This document shows, piece by piece, positions 27,502 through 36,492 of a stretch of 64,000 nt of DNA. The DNA is from a virus (lineage: Duplodnaviria > Caudoviricetes). The DNA lies in the IMG/VR virus record IMGVR_UViG_3300031555_004710, positions 64,001 to 128,000 of that record. One strand, 5' to 3'. Below the pieces are notes generated by a model that was given only the letters and a program-made list of their open reading frames with translations, ran no database searches and was not told the DNA's origin. The number at the start of each line of letters is the position of its first letter. The stretch's first letter is position 1. The position numbers and the translations under genes are program-made.

Positions 27502-30500
27502 GTGCCTAATATGCTTTTTGAGAATTATAGAGATAATTTAGTATATAATTCGCAATCTAAAATAAATTTTCCTCGTAGTGGTTTTAATTTAAAATTAGGT
27601 ACGGGGTCTGCACTATTTTTAATGTGCCCAAATCGTAATAAAGCAGTAGAAGCATTAAGTGACCCTATTATGAATCTAGTACCATCTTTAACAAAAAGAT
27701 TTGTTACTGATACTACTTATCGTGATAAAATCGGTACTAAGATCGTAATGAGTCTAGAACGCTCGACTACTGATAGATATTATCTAAAACAAAAAGATTT
27801 TCCATTATTTTATATTCCATATTCTAATAGAGCATCAGTATTAAGTAAAAAACTTAATATCGTTAATGATTTATCTAGATGGATGGAGATTTTCTTTTCT
27901 AGAATAGATAATCTGAGCACAAAGAAAATATGTAGTGAATTTATTAGAGTTCTTAAAGATAGATTAAACGACTCTAATTTCAATGGTTATGAAAAAACCT
28001 TAATATTTGATTTAAATTCTTGGTCTAATACTATAAAATCATGTATAATCATGAATAAGAAATTACTAAATAACCCACTGAGTATATTATTATTCTCAGC
28101 ATGTTATTTCCCGGAATTACTACAACAACTTCCAAATATTAGACTAATGATAATAAACCGTGCAAGTGGTCAAATATATTTAACAAGATTGGATTTTATT
28201 ACAAAAAATAATTATCCAAAGATTAAATCGAAATTAGGTGTATTTAAATCTATTATCTTTAGCGTTGAGGATGACTATAATCCAAACGCAGATTCTGAAA
28301 CTATTGAGGAAGAAGTTAAATCTGAAATACTCCATAGTTTTAAAGAAGATATTAAAAATAGACTTAGATACAACTTGCTTGGAAAAGGTGATGCTGATCC
28401 ATTCTCAGAGATTGAAGATATAACTTCCTCGACAGCCGAACCTTTTGATGATTTATTAAATGAATTAGAAACTTCTTTAGATGAAAATAAAGAAGACGAT
28501 GTAGCAACTCCAGAGTCAGAGTCAGATTCAACTTCACCTGACACATTTGGTGATTTTAATATTACTGATGAAGTATCGAGAGCTGTAGATGAAGCTTTTG
28601 ATGAAATAGATGATATTGATGAAATAGACCCTGAAGAGCTCACAATGACATTAGCTAATAAGGTTAAAAATGAAAAATATAAATCTACCTTTATTCCAGT
28701 AAGAAGTGAAAAAGAATTAGCTAAAATTGATAGATTAATGGCTGACCAATCTAAAGTTTTATCTATCCCAGATATAGATGATGTCAAACGTAAATCAATA
28801 TCTACTTCTACTACAGGGGGATTTATCAATACCACAAATCCTAATATAGTATCATCAAAATTTGTTAATTTTGATAAAGAGTATACTGAAAAGTGTCTCG
28901 TAAAGAATATTGATGATTCTGTAGCAATTTTATCAAAAGCATCTGATAAAATTTTCGTATCAGAGAAAATTGTAGAAGATAGCTCAACTCCAATGGATTT
29001 AAAAGAAACCTACACATATAAATTAGTTGGTGAAAAAGGAAATAAGATGACCGTATCTTTTGATGTTCCTAAAATAATCGACAATAGTTATGTGTACTTA
29101 AATGGAACGAAGAAGAATATTCGTCACCAATTTATATTAAAACCAATCGTAAAAACTGGACCAGATACAGTACAACTTGTAACTGCATATAATAAAGTTT
29201 TTATATATAGACGTGGTGCAGTAAATCAAAATATAAACAGGATTGACACTTATATGGAAAAGAATCCTGATAAATTTAAAGTTAAACTAGGTAACTGCTC
29301 AATGCAAAATGAAGGTTATATGGTTCCTTTAGATTTTTCAATGCTTTCTAGATATTTTTCTGAATTTACTATTGAAAATACTACTTTCTATATGTCAATC
29401 AATATATTAAAAGAAAGATATAAAAAACTTACAGGAAAAGATATTTCGTATGATGAAATTCATGAGATTCCTGTAGGAATTAATAAGAAAACTAAAGAAC
29501 CAGTTATACTTAAATTATCTGATTCTTATACAGATTTAGTATTCTCATATTTTAATGATGAAGATAAATCTAATATTTCTAAAATTAAACGTAAACCAAG
29601 ATTCGTTGTGGCATCAGCAAAAATAATGGGAAGATATCTCCCATTAATTCTATTCATGATGTTTTGTGAAGGTTTTTCTAAAGTAATGAAAAAAGCTAAT
29701 ATAAAATACGAATTTATTGATAAAAAACTTAGAAAAAACTATGATCCAATGAAATTTGATGCAATTGAATTAAACGATGGATATATTATGTGGGAAAAGA
29801 CACCGTTCAGAAATGAATTATTAATGAACGGGTTTAAGTATTGTGATTTATCAGATTTTGATTATGAAGACTTGGAATCTAAAGATACATTCATATCATT
29901 AATTTTCCCTTTCTATCCTGGTAATTCTAAAATATATAATGCACTTGATAACTATAGAGATTTCTTACTTGATGAGAAAGCTAAAGAAATACTTACCGAT
30001 TTTGGTTATCCTACAGATTTGGTATCTCTATTAGTTGTAGCAGCTGGACTTCTTACTGATACTAATTATCTTATCGAAAATAATATGAATAATATGAGAA
30101 TTCGTAGTAATGAAGTTATAGCTGATTTAGTATATAAAAATATTACAGCGGCTTATGCTGAATATAGAAATAGTGGAAAGAGATTATCTATTAAGAAATC
30201 TCAAATAATCGATGACTTATTAAATTCTGATACAAATATGATTGAAGAGTTTTCTAGTTTAAATCCTGTACTGGAATTAGAAAAACAAAGAGCAGTATCA
30301 TTTAAGGGTATTAGAGGAATACAGTTAGACCGAGCAATGACTCTTCCTAGAAGGGCTTATGATAAATCTATGGTTGGTACAATAGGAATGTCAACATCTC
30401 CTGATGCAAATGTCGGAGTTGTCCGCGAACTAACTTTAGAACCACAAATCACATCGACATATGGTTATATTGATACTAGTAAAAATGTTGATGAATTAAC

Positions 30501-31761
30501 CTCATCTAACTTATTTACAACTGCAGAATTACTTTCTCCATTGGGAGTAATGCATGATGACCCTGATAGAACTGCTATGAGTTACAAGCAGACAAAATAT
30601 ATGATACCAGTTCAAGATGCAGATCCTGTTCTTATAGGAAATAAAGTAGAATCAACTATACCATATTTATTATCAGATGAATTTGTCGTTGATGCTAAAG
30701 AAGATGGTAAAGTTCTGGATGTTTCAGATGGCTTCTGTGTTATTGAATATAAGTCTGGTAAAAAACAGGCTATCAATATTGCTCCACGAGCTCAGAAAAA
30801 TGCTTCTGCTGGTTTCTGGATAGATAATACGTTGGTATGTGATTTAAAACCTGGTGACAAATTTAAGCAAGGTCAAATATTAGCATATAATAATAAGCAT
30901 TTTACTAAGAATTCTGAGGATATGGGTGCTTCTATGAATTTAGGTGTACTATGTAAGATAGCAATCTCATCACAATGGGATGTGTTTGAAGATAGTGCTC
31001 CTATATCTAAAAGACTTTCAGAAAAACTTAGTTCCGAAATGGTTGATGAAAAGAGCTTAACATTTTCTCCATACACTTATATTGAATCTATTGCAAAAAT
31101 TGGTGATAAAGTAAATGCTGGTGATCCATTAATTATCTTCTCTGATGCAATGACAGCAGAAATGCAAAGGGCATTTACTTCTATGAGAGATGATAATAAA
31201 CAAGCAGTAATCGAATCATCAAAAACTACAATTCATAGTAAATATACCGGAGAAATTGTAGATATTAAAGTATATACAACTTCAGAACTCGACGAACTTG
31301 ATCCATCTTTAAGAAAAGTTGTAGAAGATTATTGGAAGAGAATCAAGAAAAGAAATAATATTCTTAATAAATATGCTAATGATGATGATTTAGAGTACTA
31401 TAAAGCTGGTCAAGTGATAAGTGAAGTTGCAGAAGTTGTAAAAATTGGTGATAATGGTAAGGTTCGAGGGGTTTCTATGAATCCTGGAGATGTATTAATC
31501 CTTTTCTACGTAAAATATAACGTACCTGCAAGTAAAGGTGATAAAGTTGTATGTAGTGTTTGTAAAGGTATTGTGTCTCATGTATTTGAAGAAGGGCTAG
31601 AACCATTCTCAGAATATAGAACAGACGAACCAATAGATACAATAGTTGCGCCTTTAGCAGTTGCGGCTAGAAAAGTTCCTGCAATATTTCTAACTATATT
31701 TGGTAATAAACTACTAATTGAACTGAAAAAACAATTAGAAGAAATATATTTAGATAATTAA
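27502..31761 (+). CDS. phage multisubunit RNA polymerase beta-like subunit (large N-terminal part; probably virion RNAP)
   Basis: YVYLNG, STSPDANVGVVREL, HDDPDRTAMSYKQ, FEDSAPIS, GDKV..KGIV, DTIVAPLAVAARK match beta conserved regions; stops before the extreme beta C-terminus. Confidence 0.9.
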   Translation: MPNMLFENYRDNLVYNSQSKINFPRSGFNLKLGTGSALFLMCPNRNKAVEALSDPIMNLVPSLTKRFVTDTTYRDKIGTKIVMSLERSTTDRYYLKQKDFPLFYIPYSNRASVLSKKLNIVNDLSRWMEIFFSRIDNLSTKKICSEFIRVLKDRLNDSNFNGYEKTLIFDLNSWSNTIKSCIIMNKKLLNNPLSILLFSACYFPELLQQLPNIRLMIINRASGQIYLTRLDFITKNNYPKIKSKLGVFKSIIFSVEDDYNPNADSETIEEEVKSEILHSFKEDIKNRLRYNLLGKGDADPFSEIEDITSSTAEPFDDLLNELETSLDENKEDDVATPESESDSTSPDTFGDFNITDEVSRAVDEAFDEIDDIDEIDPEELTMTLANKVKNEKYKSTFIPVRSEKELAKIDRLMADQSKVLSIPDIDDVKRKSISTSTTGGFINTTNPNIVSSKFVNFDKEYTEKCLVKNIDDSVAILSKASDKIFVSEKIVEDSSTPMDLKETYTYKLVGEKGNKMTVSFDVPKIIDNSYVYLNGTKKNIRHQFILKPIVKTGPDTVQLVTAYNKVFIYRRGAVNQNINRIDTYMEKNPDKFKVKLGNCSMQNEGYMVPLDFSMLSRYFSEFTIENTTFYMSINILKERYKKLTGKDISYDEIHEIPVGINKKTKEPVILKLSDSYTDLVFSYFNDEDKSNISKIKRKPRFVVASAKIMGRYLPLILFMMFCEGFSKVMKKANIKYEFIDKKLRKNYDPMKFDAIELNDGYIMWEKTPFRNELLMNGFKYCDLSDFDYEDLESKDTFISLIFPFYPGNSKIYNALDNYRDFLLDEKAKEILTDFGYPTDLVSLLVVAAGLLTDTNYLIENNMNNMRIRSNEVIADLVYKNITAAYAEYRNSGKRLSIKKSQIIDDLLNSDTNMIEEFSSLNPVLELEKQRAVSFKGIRGIQLDRAMTLPRRAYDKSMVGTIGMSTSPDANVGVVRELTLEPQITSTYGYIDTSKNVDELTSSNLFTTAELLSPLGVMHDDPDRTAMSYKQTKYMIPVQDADPVLIGNKVESTIPYLLSDEFVVDAKEDGKVLDVSDGFCVIEYKSGKKQAINIAPRAQKNASAGFWIDNTLVCDLKPGDKFKQGQILAYNNKHFTKNSEDMGASMNLGVLCKIAISSQWDVFEDSAPISKRLSEKLSSEMVDEKSLTFSPYTYIESIAKIGDKVNAGDPLIIFSDAMTAEMQRAFTSMRDDNKQAVIESSKTTIHSKYTGEIVDIKVYTTSELDELDPSLRKVVEDYWKRIKKRNNILNKYANDDDLEYYKAGQVISEVAEVVKIGDNGKVRGVSMNPGDVLILFYVKYNVPASKGDKVVCSVCKGIVSHVFEEGLEPFSEYRTDEPIDTIVAPLAVAARKVPAIFLTIFGNKLLIELKKQLEEIYLDN

Positions 31762-31765
31762 AAAT

Positions 31766-31801
31766 AATTAGAGATGTAGATTCTATTCTACATCTCTAAT
31801 T
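31766..31801 (+). terminator. intrinsic terminator
   Basis: AATTAGAGATGTAGA/TCTACATCTCTAATT plus T tract. Confidence 0.8.
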
Positions 31802-31808
31802 TTATTGA

Positions 31809-31816
31809 TATATTAT
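31809..31816 (+). promoter_or_regulatory. early-type promoter TATATTAT
   Basis: motif immediately upstream of AAGGAG SD. Confidence 0.55.
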
Positions 31817-31820
31817 TATA

Positions 31821-33476
31821 TTGAAGGAAGGAGTTGATGATATGATGGATAATATTAATTTTCGAATGCTTAAAAAGTCCGAGCAAAAATTTATTATAAA
31901 ACACGGATTATTTGAAAATATTGGAAAACCTATTAAACTTGGGGGCGATATATATTATCCCATTCTATATAGGAATTTATTTCTACGATATTATATTACA
32001 TTCAATGGATGTGTCTATGATATTGTAACTAATCAAACCAAAAAATATAATATATATGATAGTATAGTATTAATCGACATTAATACAAATTTTAAAAAAA
32101 TGTATACCATAAGAGAACTAATATTTGCATCATTTTATAGATTTCCTGAAGGTTCAGATATTACGATGACAAACGAGCATACACATGATATTGAATATGC
32201 TTATCATATTGAATCTGGGACGGTTGGTTTTTATACTATTTTAGGAGTGGAATTTAGAAAAGTCATAGTACCAAAACATAATAGATATTATAAGGCAGTA
32301 ACTAAAAGTAGGAAATTTGTATTAATAGTTTCGGAAAATGGTGCTGTCTATGATATACAAAAGAAACGATTTTTAAATATTAACATTGATGATGATGGGA
32401 TTCCTTATATAATACTAAAGCATACTGTAAGGATTACTATTGATGAGATATTATTATATAGCTGGAATGAGCATTTAGAAGTTGACCCAGAACTTTATCA
32501 ACTAATAAACACCTCTCCAATAAAATTATTTGTGAATCGACATACATTAGTATTATTCAATGATAAAAGTAATATATATCTACCATTAAACAATGCAGTC
32601 GTTTCTCAAAATATTAGCCCATTTATATCTAGCGAAAATCTTCCTCGCTCATTTAAACGTAATAATAGATATTATGATAAATGGTTAATTGATGATTTAG
32701 GTAATCTTAGTCAAATACCTATAGATGGACTATCTGAATATTATATATCTAAATGCGGAATAATACTTAATCAAAATAATGCAATACTAAATCCTTATAA
32801 GATAATATATAATAATGAAAATATATCAGATGTATTGTATAAATTTCCGAATATCGATAAAGTATTTTCAATTGGTGATATATTAATATGGACATATTTT
32901 AGATTAAATTATTCAGCAATTGAAAAATCTTTTATACAATTTACATTTCATAAAAGATTCAATATACCAATAGTATATAATTTACACATAATATCTAAAT
33001 TCTTTCAAATAGGAAATACTACTCCATTAATAGGTGAAATGATATTTACACCAATTAGTGGATTTCCAAATTTCTTCATATCTACAACAGGTGCAATTTT
33101 TAATGCTAAGCATCGATATTTTATTCAGATGCACAATCAATCTAGAGATGACGGGACTACTCATATTCAGTTACCAATAGGAAACGAGTTACGCTGGATA
33201 GATATAAATAAAACAATGTATCGTAGCTGGTATGGTTCGATTCCACATGGAGCCAGAGTTAGCATGAAAAATATGATACGTGGAGATTATAGTTTAGCAA
33301 ATATACAACTAAATATTTCTTCATCAACTAATTGTAATATAAATAAAGTTAGAAAAATTCATGCATCAATTAATAAAAGTAGAGATCGTGAAAGAAAAAT
33401 AATAGAGAGTATTCAATCTATAACAATAGATGAATACTCTAATAAATTTCCTATACCAGAAATAATTGATATTTAA
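31821..33476 (+). CDS. protein of tandem degenerate NUMOD4/HNH-like repeats (true start probably ATG ~31842)
   Basis: four units YYITFNGCVYD, IVSENGAVYD, YYISKCGIILN, FFISTTGAIFN; last unit ends in an HNH_3-like segment lacking the catalytic His. Confidence 0.55.
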   Translation: MKEGVDDMMDNINFRMLKKSEQKFIIKHGLFENIGKPIKLGGDIYYPILYRNLFLRYYITFNGCVYDIVTNQTKKYNIYDSIVLIDINTNFKKMYTIRELIFASFYRFPEGSDITMTNEHTHDIEYAYHIESGTVGFYTILGVEFRKVIVPKHNRYYKAVTKSRKFVLIVSENGAVYDIQKKRFLNINIDDDGIPYIILKHTVRITIDEILLYSWNEHLEVDPELYQLINTSPIKLFVNRHTLVLFNDKSNIYLPLNNAVVSQNISPFISSENLPRSFKRNNRYYDKWLIDDLGNLSQIPIDGLSEYYISKCGIILNQNNAILNPYKIIYNNENISDVLYKFPNIDKVFSIGDILIWTYFRLNYSAIEKSFIQFTFHKRFNIPIVYNLHIISKFFQIGNTTPLIGEMIFTPISGFPNFFISTTGAIFNAKHRYFIQMHNQSRDDGTTHIQLPIGNELRWIDINKTMYRSWYGSIPHGARVSMKNMIRGDYSLANIQLNISSSTNCNINKVRKIHASINKSRDRERKIIESIQSITIDEYSNKFPIPEIIDI

Positions 33477-33483
33477 AAAGAAT

Positions 33484-33511
33484 GGGATAGCGACTATTTA
33501 TTCGCTATCCC
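33484..33511. terminator. terminator-like hairpin
   Basis: GGGATAGCGA/TCGCTATCCC directly after stop; weak T tract. Confidence 0.6.
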
Positions 33512-33778
33512 AAATATATAGTATATGATTTACTATTCTCCCACCTCAATCAGTTCTATTAACCGTTTTATATTAGTATCTCATAAAGAGATGCTACCCT
33601 GAAATAATTTGAAAATATTACATATCTTTATTTTTTTATATTATACACGAATAGGTCGTGGGGCCTTGATATAGATTTTTCAAATTAATAATTTTAGTAA
33701 ACTGAAATTCTCAAAAAAGAGAGAAAATAAATCATTAATTTAATGTTATGTATTAAAATTAAAAAATAAAACACTTGT

Positions 33779-33790
33779 AACATATGAGTA
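33779..33790 (+). promoter_or_regulatory. late-type promoter AACA-N6-TA driving an ORF-free unit
   Basis: AACAtatgagTA where the GC-richer structured stretch begins. Confidence 0.5.
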
Positions 33791-34555
33791 AACCTATCGA
33801 ATAGAAATTCATACTAGGTGTAATGAATGGTATTCGAAGGAGCAGTGAAAAATAGGATAAATGATTATCCTATCGGTTGATTATTCTTACAGGATTTTGA
33901 TAAACATTGAAATATTAATCATAGATGAAACGTGACTGCGATATCGGTTCATAAAAATGAAAAGAGCGTCAAAGCGCGGTATGGGATTAGGGGGGAAGCT
34001 CTCTATGATACAGCGGGTAAGTTTCTGCGTGCAGATGGATCCATGATTGATTAATATTTACAATTTCTATTTTTAATAGTGAGTTGGTTGTTTACTTTTC
34101 GGTAAGGTATGCACAGGAGTATAAACGGCATTAGTGGTAATTGGTGAGATGGAGGTCAACGAGCACCCATCAAATGGAATTGTAAGATAACTAGATTAAA
34201 AATCCTAGTTCTAGATATTTTGACAATGGTTACTATTTTACTATATGTATTATAGAGCGCATTGTTTTAAATTTTATTTAAACAATTTTCAGCCAATTAC
34301 CGCCATAAACGGTAACTCGGTAATTGCTTAGCCTCTAATGCACCCGTTTATTTATTTTTTATTTAATTTAGTAGACATGGTAGGGTACATTATCGGCACT
34401 CTTAGATTTTATAATTTAGTAGAAATATGGTTTCAGTTAAATACAGAAACTATATTTCTTTTTCATGCGTAAAGAATTTATTTCCAACTTGTTTGGAAAT
34501 AAATTATGCGCAAAATGAAAAAGTAAAACATCCTATCATAGATAGGATGTTTTTT
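33790..34555 (+). ncRNA. candidate large structured ncRNA (~765 nt)
   Basis: ORF-free, GC above background, nested long-range helices (33910-33921/34048-34059; 34121-34144/34293-34351), about ten stems, 3' terminator. Confidence 0.65.
34525..34555 (+). terminator. intrinsic terminator
   Basis: AAAACATCCTATC/GATAGGATGTTTT plus T tract, with no ORF ending upstream. Confidence 0.8.
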
Positions 34556-34604
34556 CTTATTTTTAATTTATTATAAATATTTTAAATAACCAAATATATA
34601 ATCG

Positions 34605-34612
34605 TATATTAT
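34605..34612 (+). promoter_or_regulatory. early-type promoter TATATTAT
   Basis: CGTATATTAT; second copy at 34627. Confidence 0.5.
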
Positions 34613-34681
34613 TCTACTGATAATGATATATTATTTTAATGAATAATATAAAAATAATTGTAATTAGGAGATTAATATAAA

Positions 34682-35248
34682 ATGAAAAATGTATGTTTAA
34701 TATATATAGGTTATTTGACTGGATATCGTTATTCTGACCCGATCTTATTATGTGTATCTGATGAAAAGATTAAAGTTAAATATTATTTAAAAAATGTAAG
34801 AAATTTATCTAATAAAGAATATGATATTCGAGAAGTAGTATTAGATTTTGATACGGCAATGATATTATACGAAGATTATGTATTACAAGATTTTGAAAAA
34901 GATTGTTTATTTTTAACTAATCGAGATATTGAATATTTAAATACAGAAATACAAACTACAATTCAACAATTAGAAATATCATATGATAATCTAAAAAGAT
35001 ATTGTGAGATTGTAAGAAAAGTACCATCTATGAAAGATTCTTTAAATACATTGTATTCTTCGTTAAAAATAATGGAAAAACAGTTATCGAAAGTAAAAAC
35101 ATTACGAAAATTATGTAATGCAGATATAAAAGACTCTCCAATATTTTCAAGAAATATTTTAGAGTATTTAAAATACATGGATATATTACAAGAAGATAAA
35201 GAACTAACCGAAATGTTTTATAGAAAGGTGTGTGATGAAAATGAGTAA
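34682..35248 (+). CDS. hypothetical protein
   Basis: 188-aa ORF, GGAG SD. Confidence 0.8.
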   Translation: MKNVCLIYIGYLTGYRYSDPILLCVSDEKIKVKYYLKNVRNLSNKEYDIREVVLDFDTAMILYEDYVLQDFEKDCLFLTNRDIEYLNTEIQTTIQQLEISYDNLKRYCEIVRKVPSMKDSLNTLYSSLKIMEKQLSKVKTLRKLCNADIKDSPIFSRNILEYLKYMDILQEDKELTEMFYRKVCDENE

Positions 35249-35489
35249 AAAAGATTATAGTCTTAAATTTTATAAAGGTTTAATGACTAATACAAATGAA
35301 GAAAAATATAATTTCTATCTTGCAGGAAGAACTGAATCAGAAGCTAAAGCCTGTTTAGAAAATTATATTATAAATCACAGTACAAAATACCATATAATAC
35401 CAGACGAAAACGACATTGATCAAATTTCAATAAAAGAAGTTTCATCAGAAGATTATGGTAAAGAATATGGTTATGAAATAATTAACTAA
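35241..35489 (+). CDS. small hypothetical protein (paralog of next gene)
   Basis: FYLAGRTESEA...ISIKEV..EDYG. Confidence 0.75.
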   Translation: MSKKDYSLKFYKGLMTNTNEEKYNFYLAGRTESEAKACLENYIINHSTKYHIIPDENDIDQISIKEVSSEDYGKEYGYEIIN

Positions 35490-35513
35490 TGATACAAAGG
35501 AGTATGATTAACA

Positions 35514-35738
35514 ATGCAAAACATTCATTTCTATTTAGGCGAAGTTAAAGGGTCAGAGGATGAATATAGTTTCTATATTGAAGCTAAAACAGCAACAGAA
35601 GCTGAAAATAAACTAATATCATATTATGATAACTATTTAATGTCAACCTCAGGAGAAATGACATCTATAAGTATAGTTGAAGTAGAAGCAGCTGAATATT
35701 ACGGTAAATTAAAAATAGATAAATATTCATTTATCTAA
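35514..35738 (+). CDS. small hypothetical protein (paralog of previous gene)
   Basis: FYIEAKTATEA...ISIVEV..EYYG; AAGGAG SD. Confidence 0.75.
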   Translation: MQNIHFYLGEVKGSEDEYSFYIEAKTATEAENKLISYYDNYLMSTSGEMTSISIVEVEAAEYYGKLKIDKYSFI

Positions 35739-35745
35739 AGAATTT

Positions 35746-35780
35746 AAAAGATAACGAGATTTGATTTCTCGTTATCTTTT
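35746..35780. terminator. bidirectional terminator between convergent genes
   Basis: AAAAGATAACGAGA/TCTCGTTATCTTTT. Confidence 0.85.
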
Positions 35781-35785
35781 ATTTT

Positions 35786-36304
35786 TTAATCAACTTTTCT
35801 TCTACCTTTATTTGTAAATCCTTCAGGAATATAAAGTAATCCTAATTCACTCATTCCTTTCATTAATGAATGAGAATTATCTGGAGACTTCCAATATTTA
35901 TCGCTATTAGAATCAAGACTTAAATTCTTACATAGATTAGAATTTAAAAATTCAACAAATTTTGGATATTCCATATTACAAAAGTTAGCTATACATGTAT
36001 CGAAATATTCTTTATGTAAATTATTTTTTACTGCATATCGATATGCTGGAATAGCTCTATTTGTATATAAGAAAGGACTATCCCAAATTATGAATCTTTT
36101 TCCTTTTTTATATCCTTCGAATATTACTAAATAATCTATTTTTAATTCTGAATCAAAATTTAATGCCGCATAAAGCATTTTTAAATTAGGACAAAATATT
36201 TTATAATTTTCAACTAAGTTTAAAAATAATTGCTGTCGTTGTTTTGGGTAAACTATAAGTCTTTCATTAATTGGTACATCTATTTCTTTTTTACTATCAA
36301 ACAT
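35786..36304 (-). CDS. hypothetical protein
   Basis: 172-aa ORF, GGTGGTGA SD. Confidence 0.75.
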   Translation of the reverse strand: MFDSKKEIDVPINERLIVYPKQRQQLFLNLVENYKIFCPNLKMLYAALNFDSELKIDYLVIFEGYKKGKRFIIWDSPFLYTNRAIPAYRYAVKNNLHKEYFDTCIANFCNMEYPKFVEFLNSNLCKNLSLDSNSDKYWKSPDNSHSLMKGMSELGLLYIPEGFTNKGRRKVD

Positions 36305-36459
36305 AAATTATTCACCACCTATAAAAAATAATATTAATTATAAGTTATAGAGAATAAAAATATTCTAGGGTTAACCCTAGAATATTTTTTCCCATATATT
36401 TTAAATTGAGGCGGGGAATTCACTCCACATAGTGAATTTACTATATATGTTTTTATTCA

Positions 36460-36467
36460 TATATTAT
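36460..36467 (+). promoter_or_regulatory. early-type promoter TATATTAT
   Basis: motif at head of the 36493-39908 operon. Confidence 0.5.
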
Positions 36468-36492
36468 TATATAAAGAAAAAGAATAAATGAG

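Noticed and set aside
33477-34681. CRISPR array, group I/II intron, tmRNA or RNase P as explanation of the gap
   Set aside because: No regularly spaced repeats, no interrupted gene, no domain V, no tmRNA ends, no RNase P P4 consensus recognised
33535-36419. Imperfect inverted motif ATTCTCCCACCTCAAT (33535) / ATTGAGGCGGGGAAT (36405) as mobile-element ends
   Set aside because: Short and imperfect, with no transposase or recombinase and no target duplication
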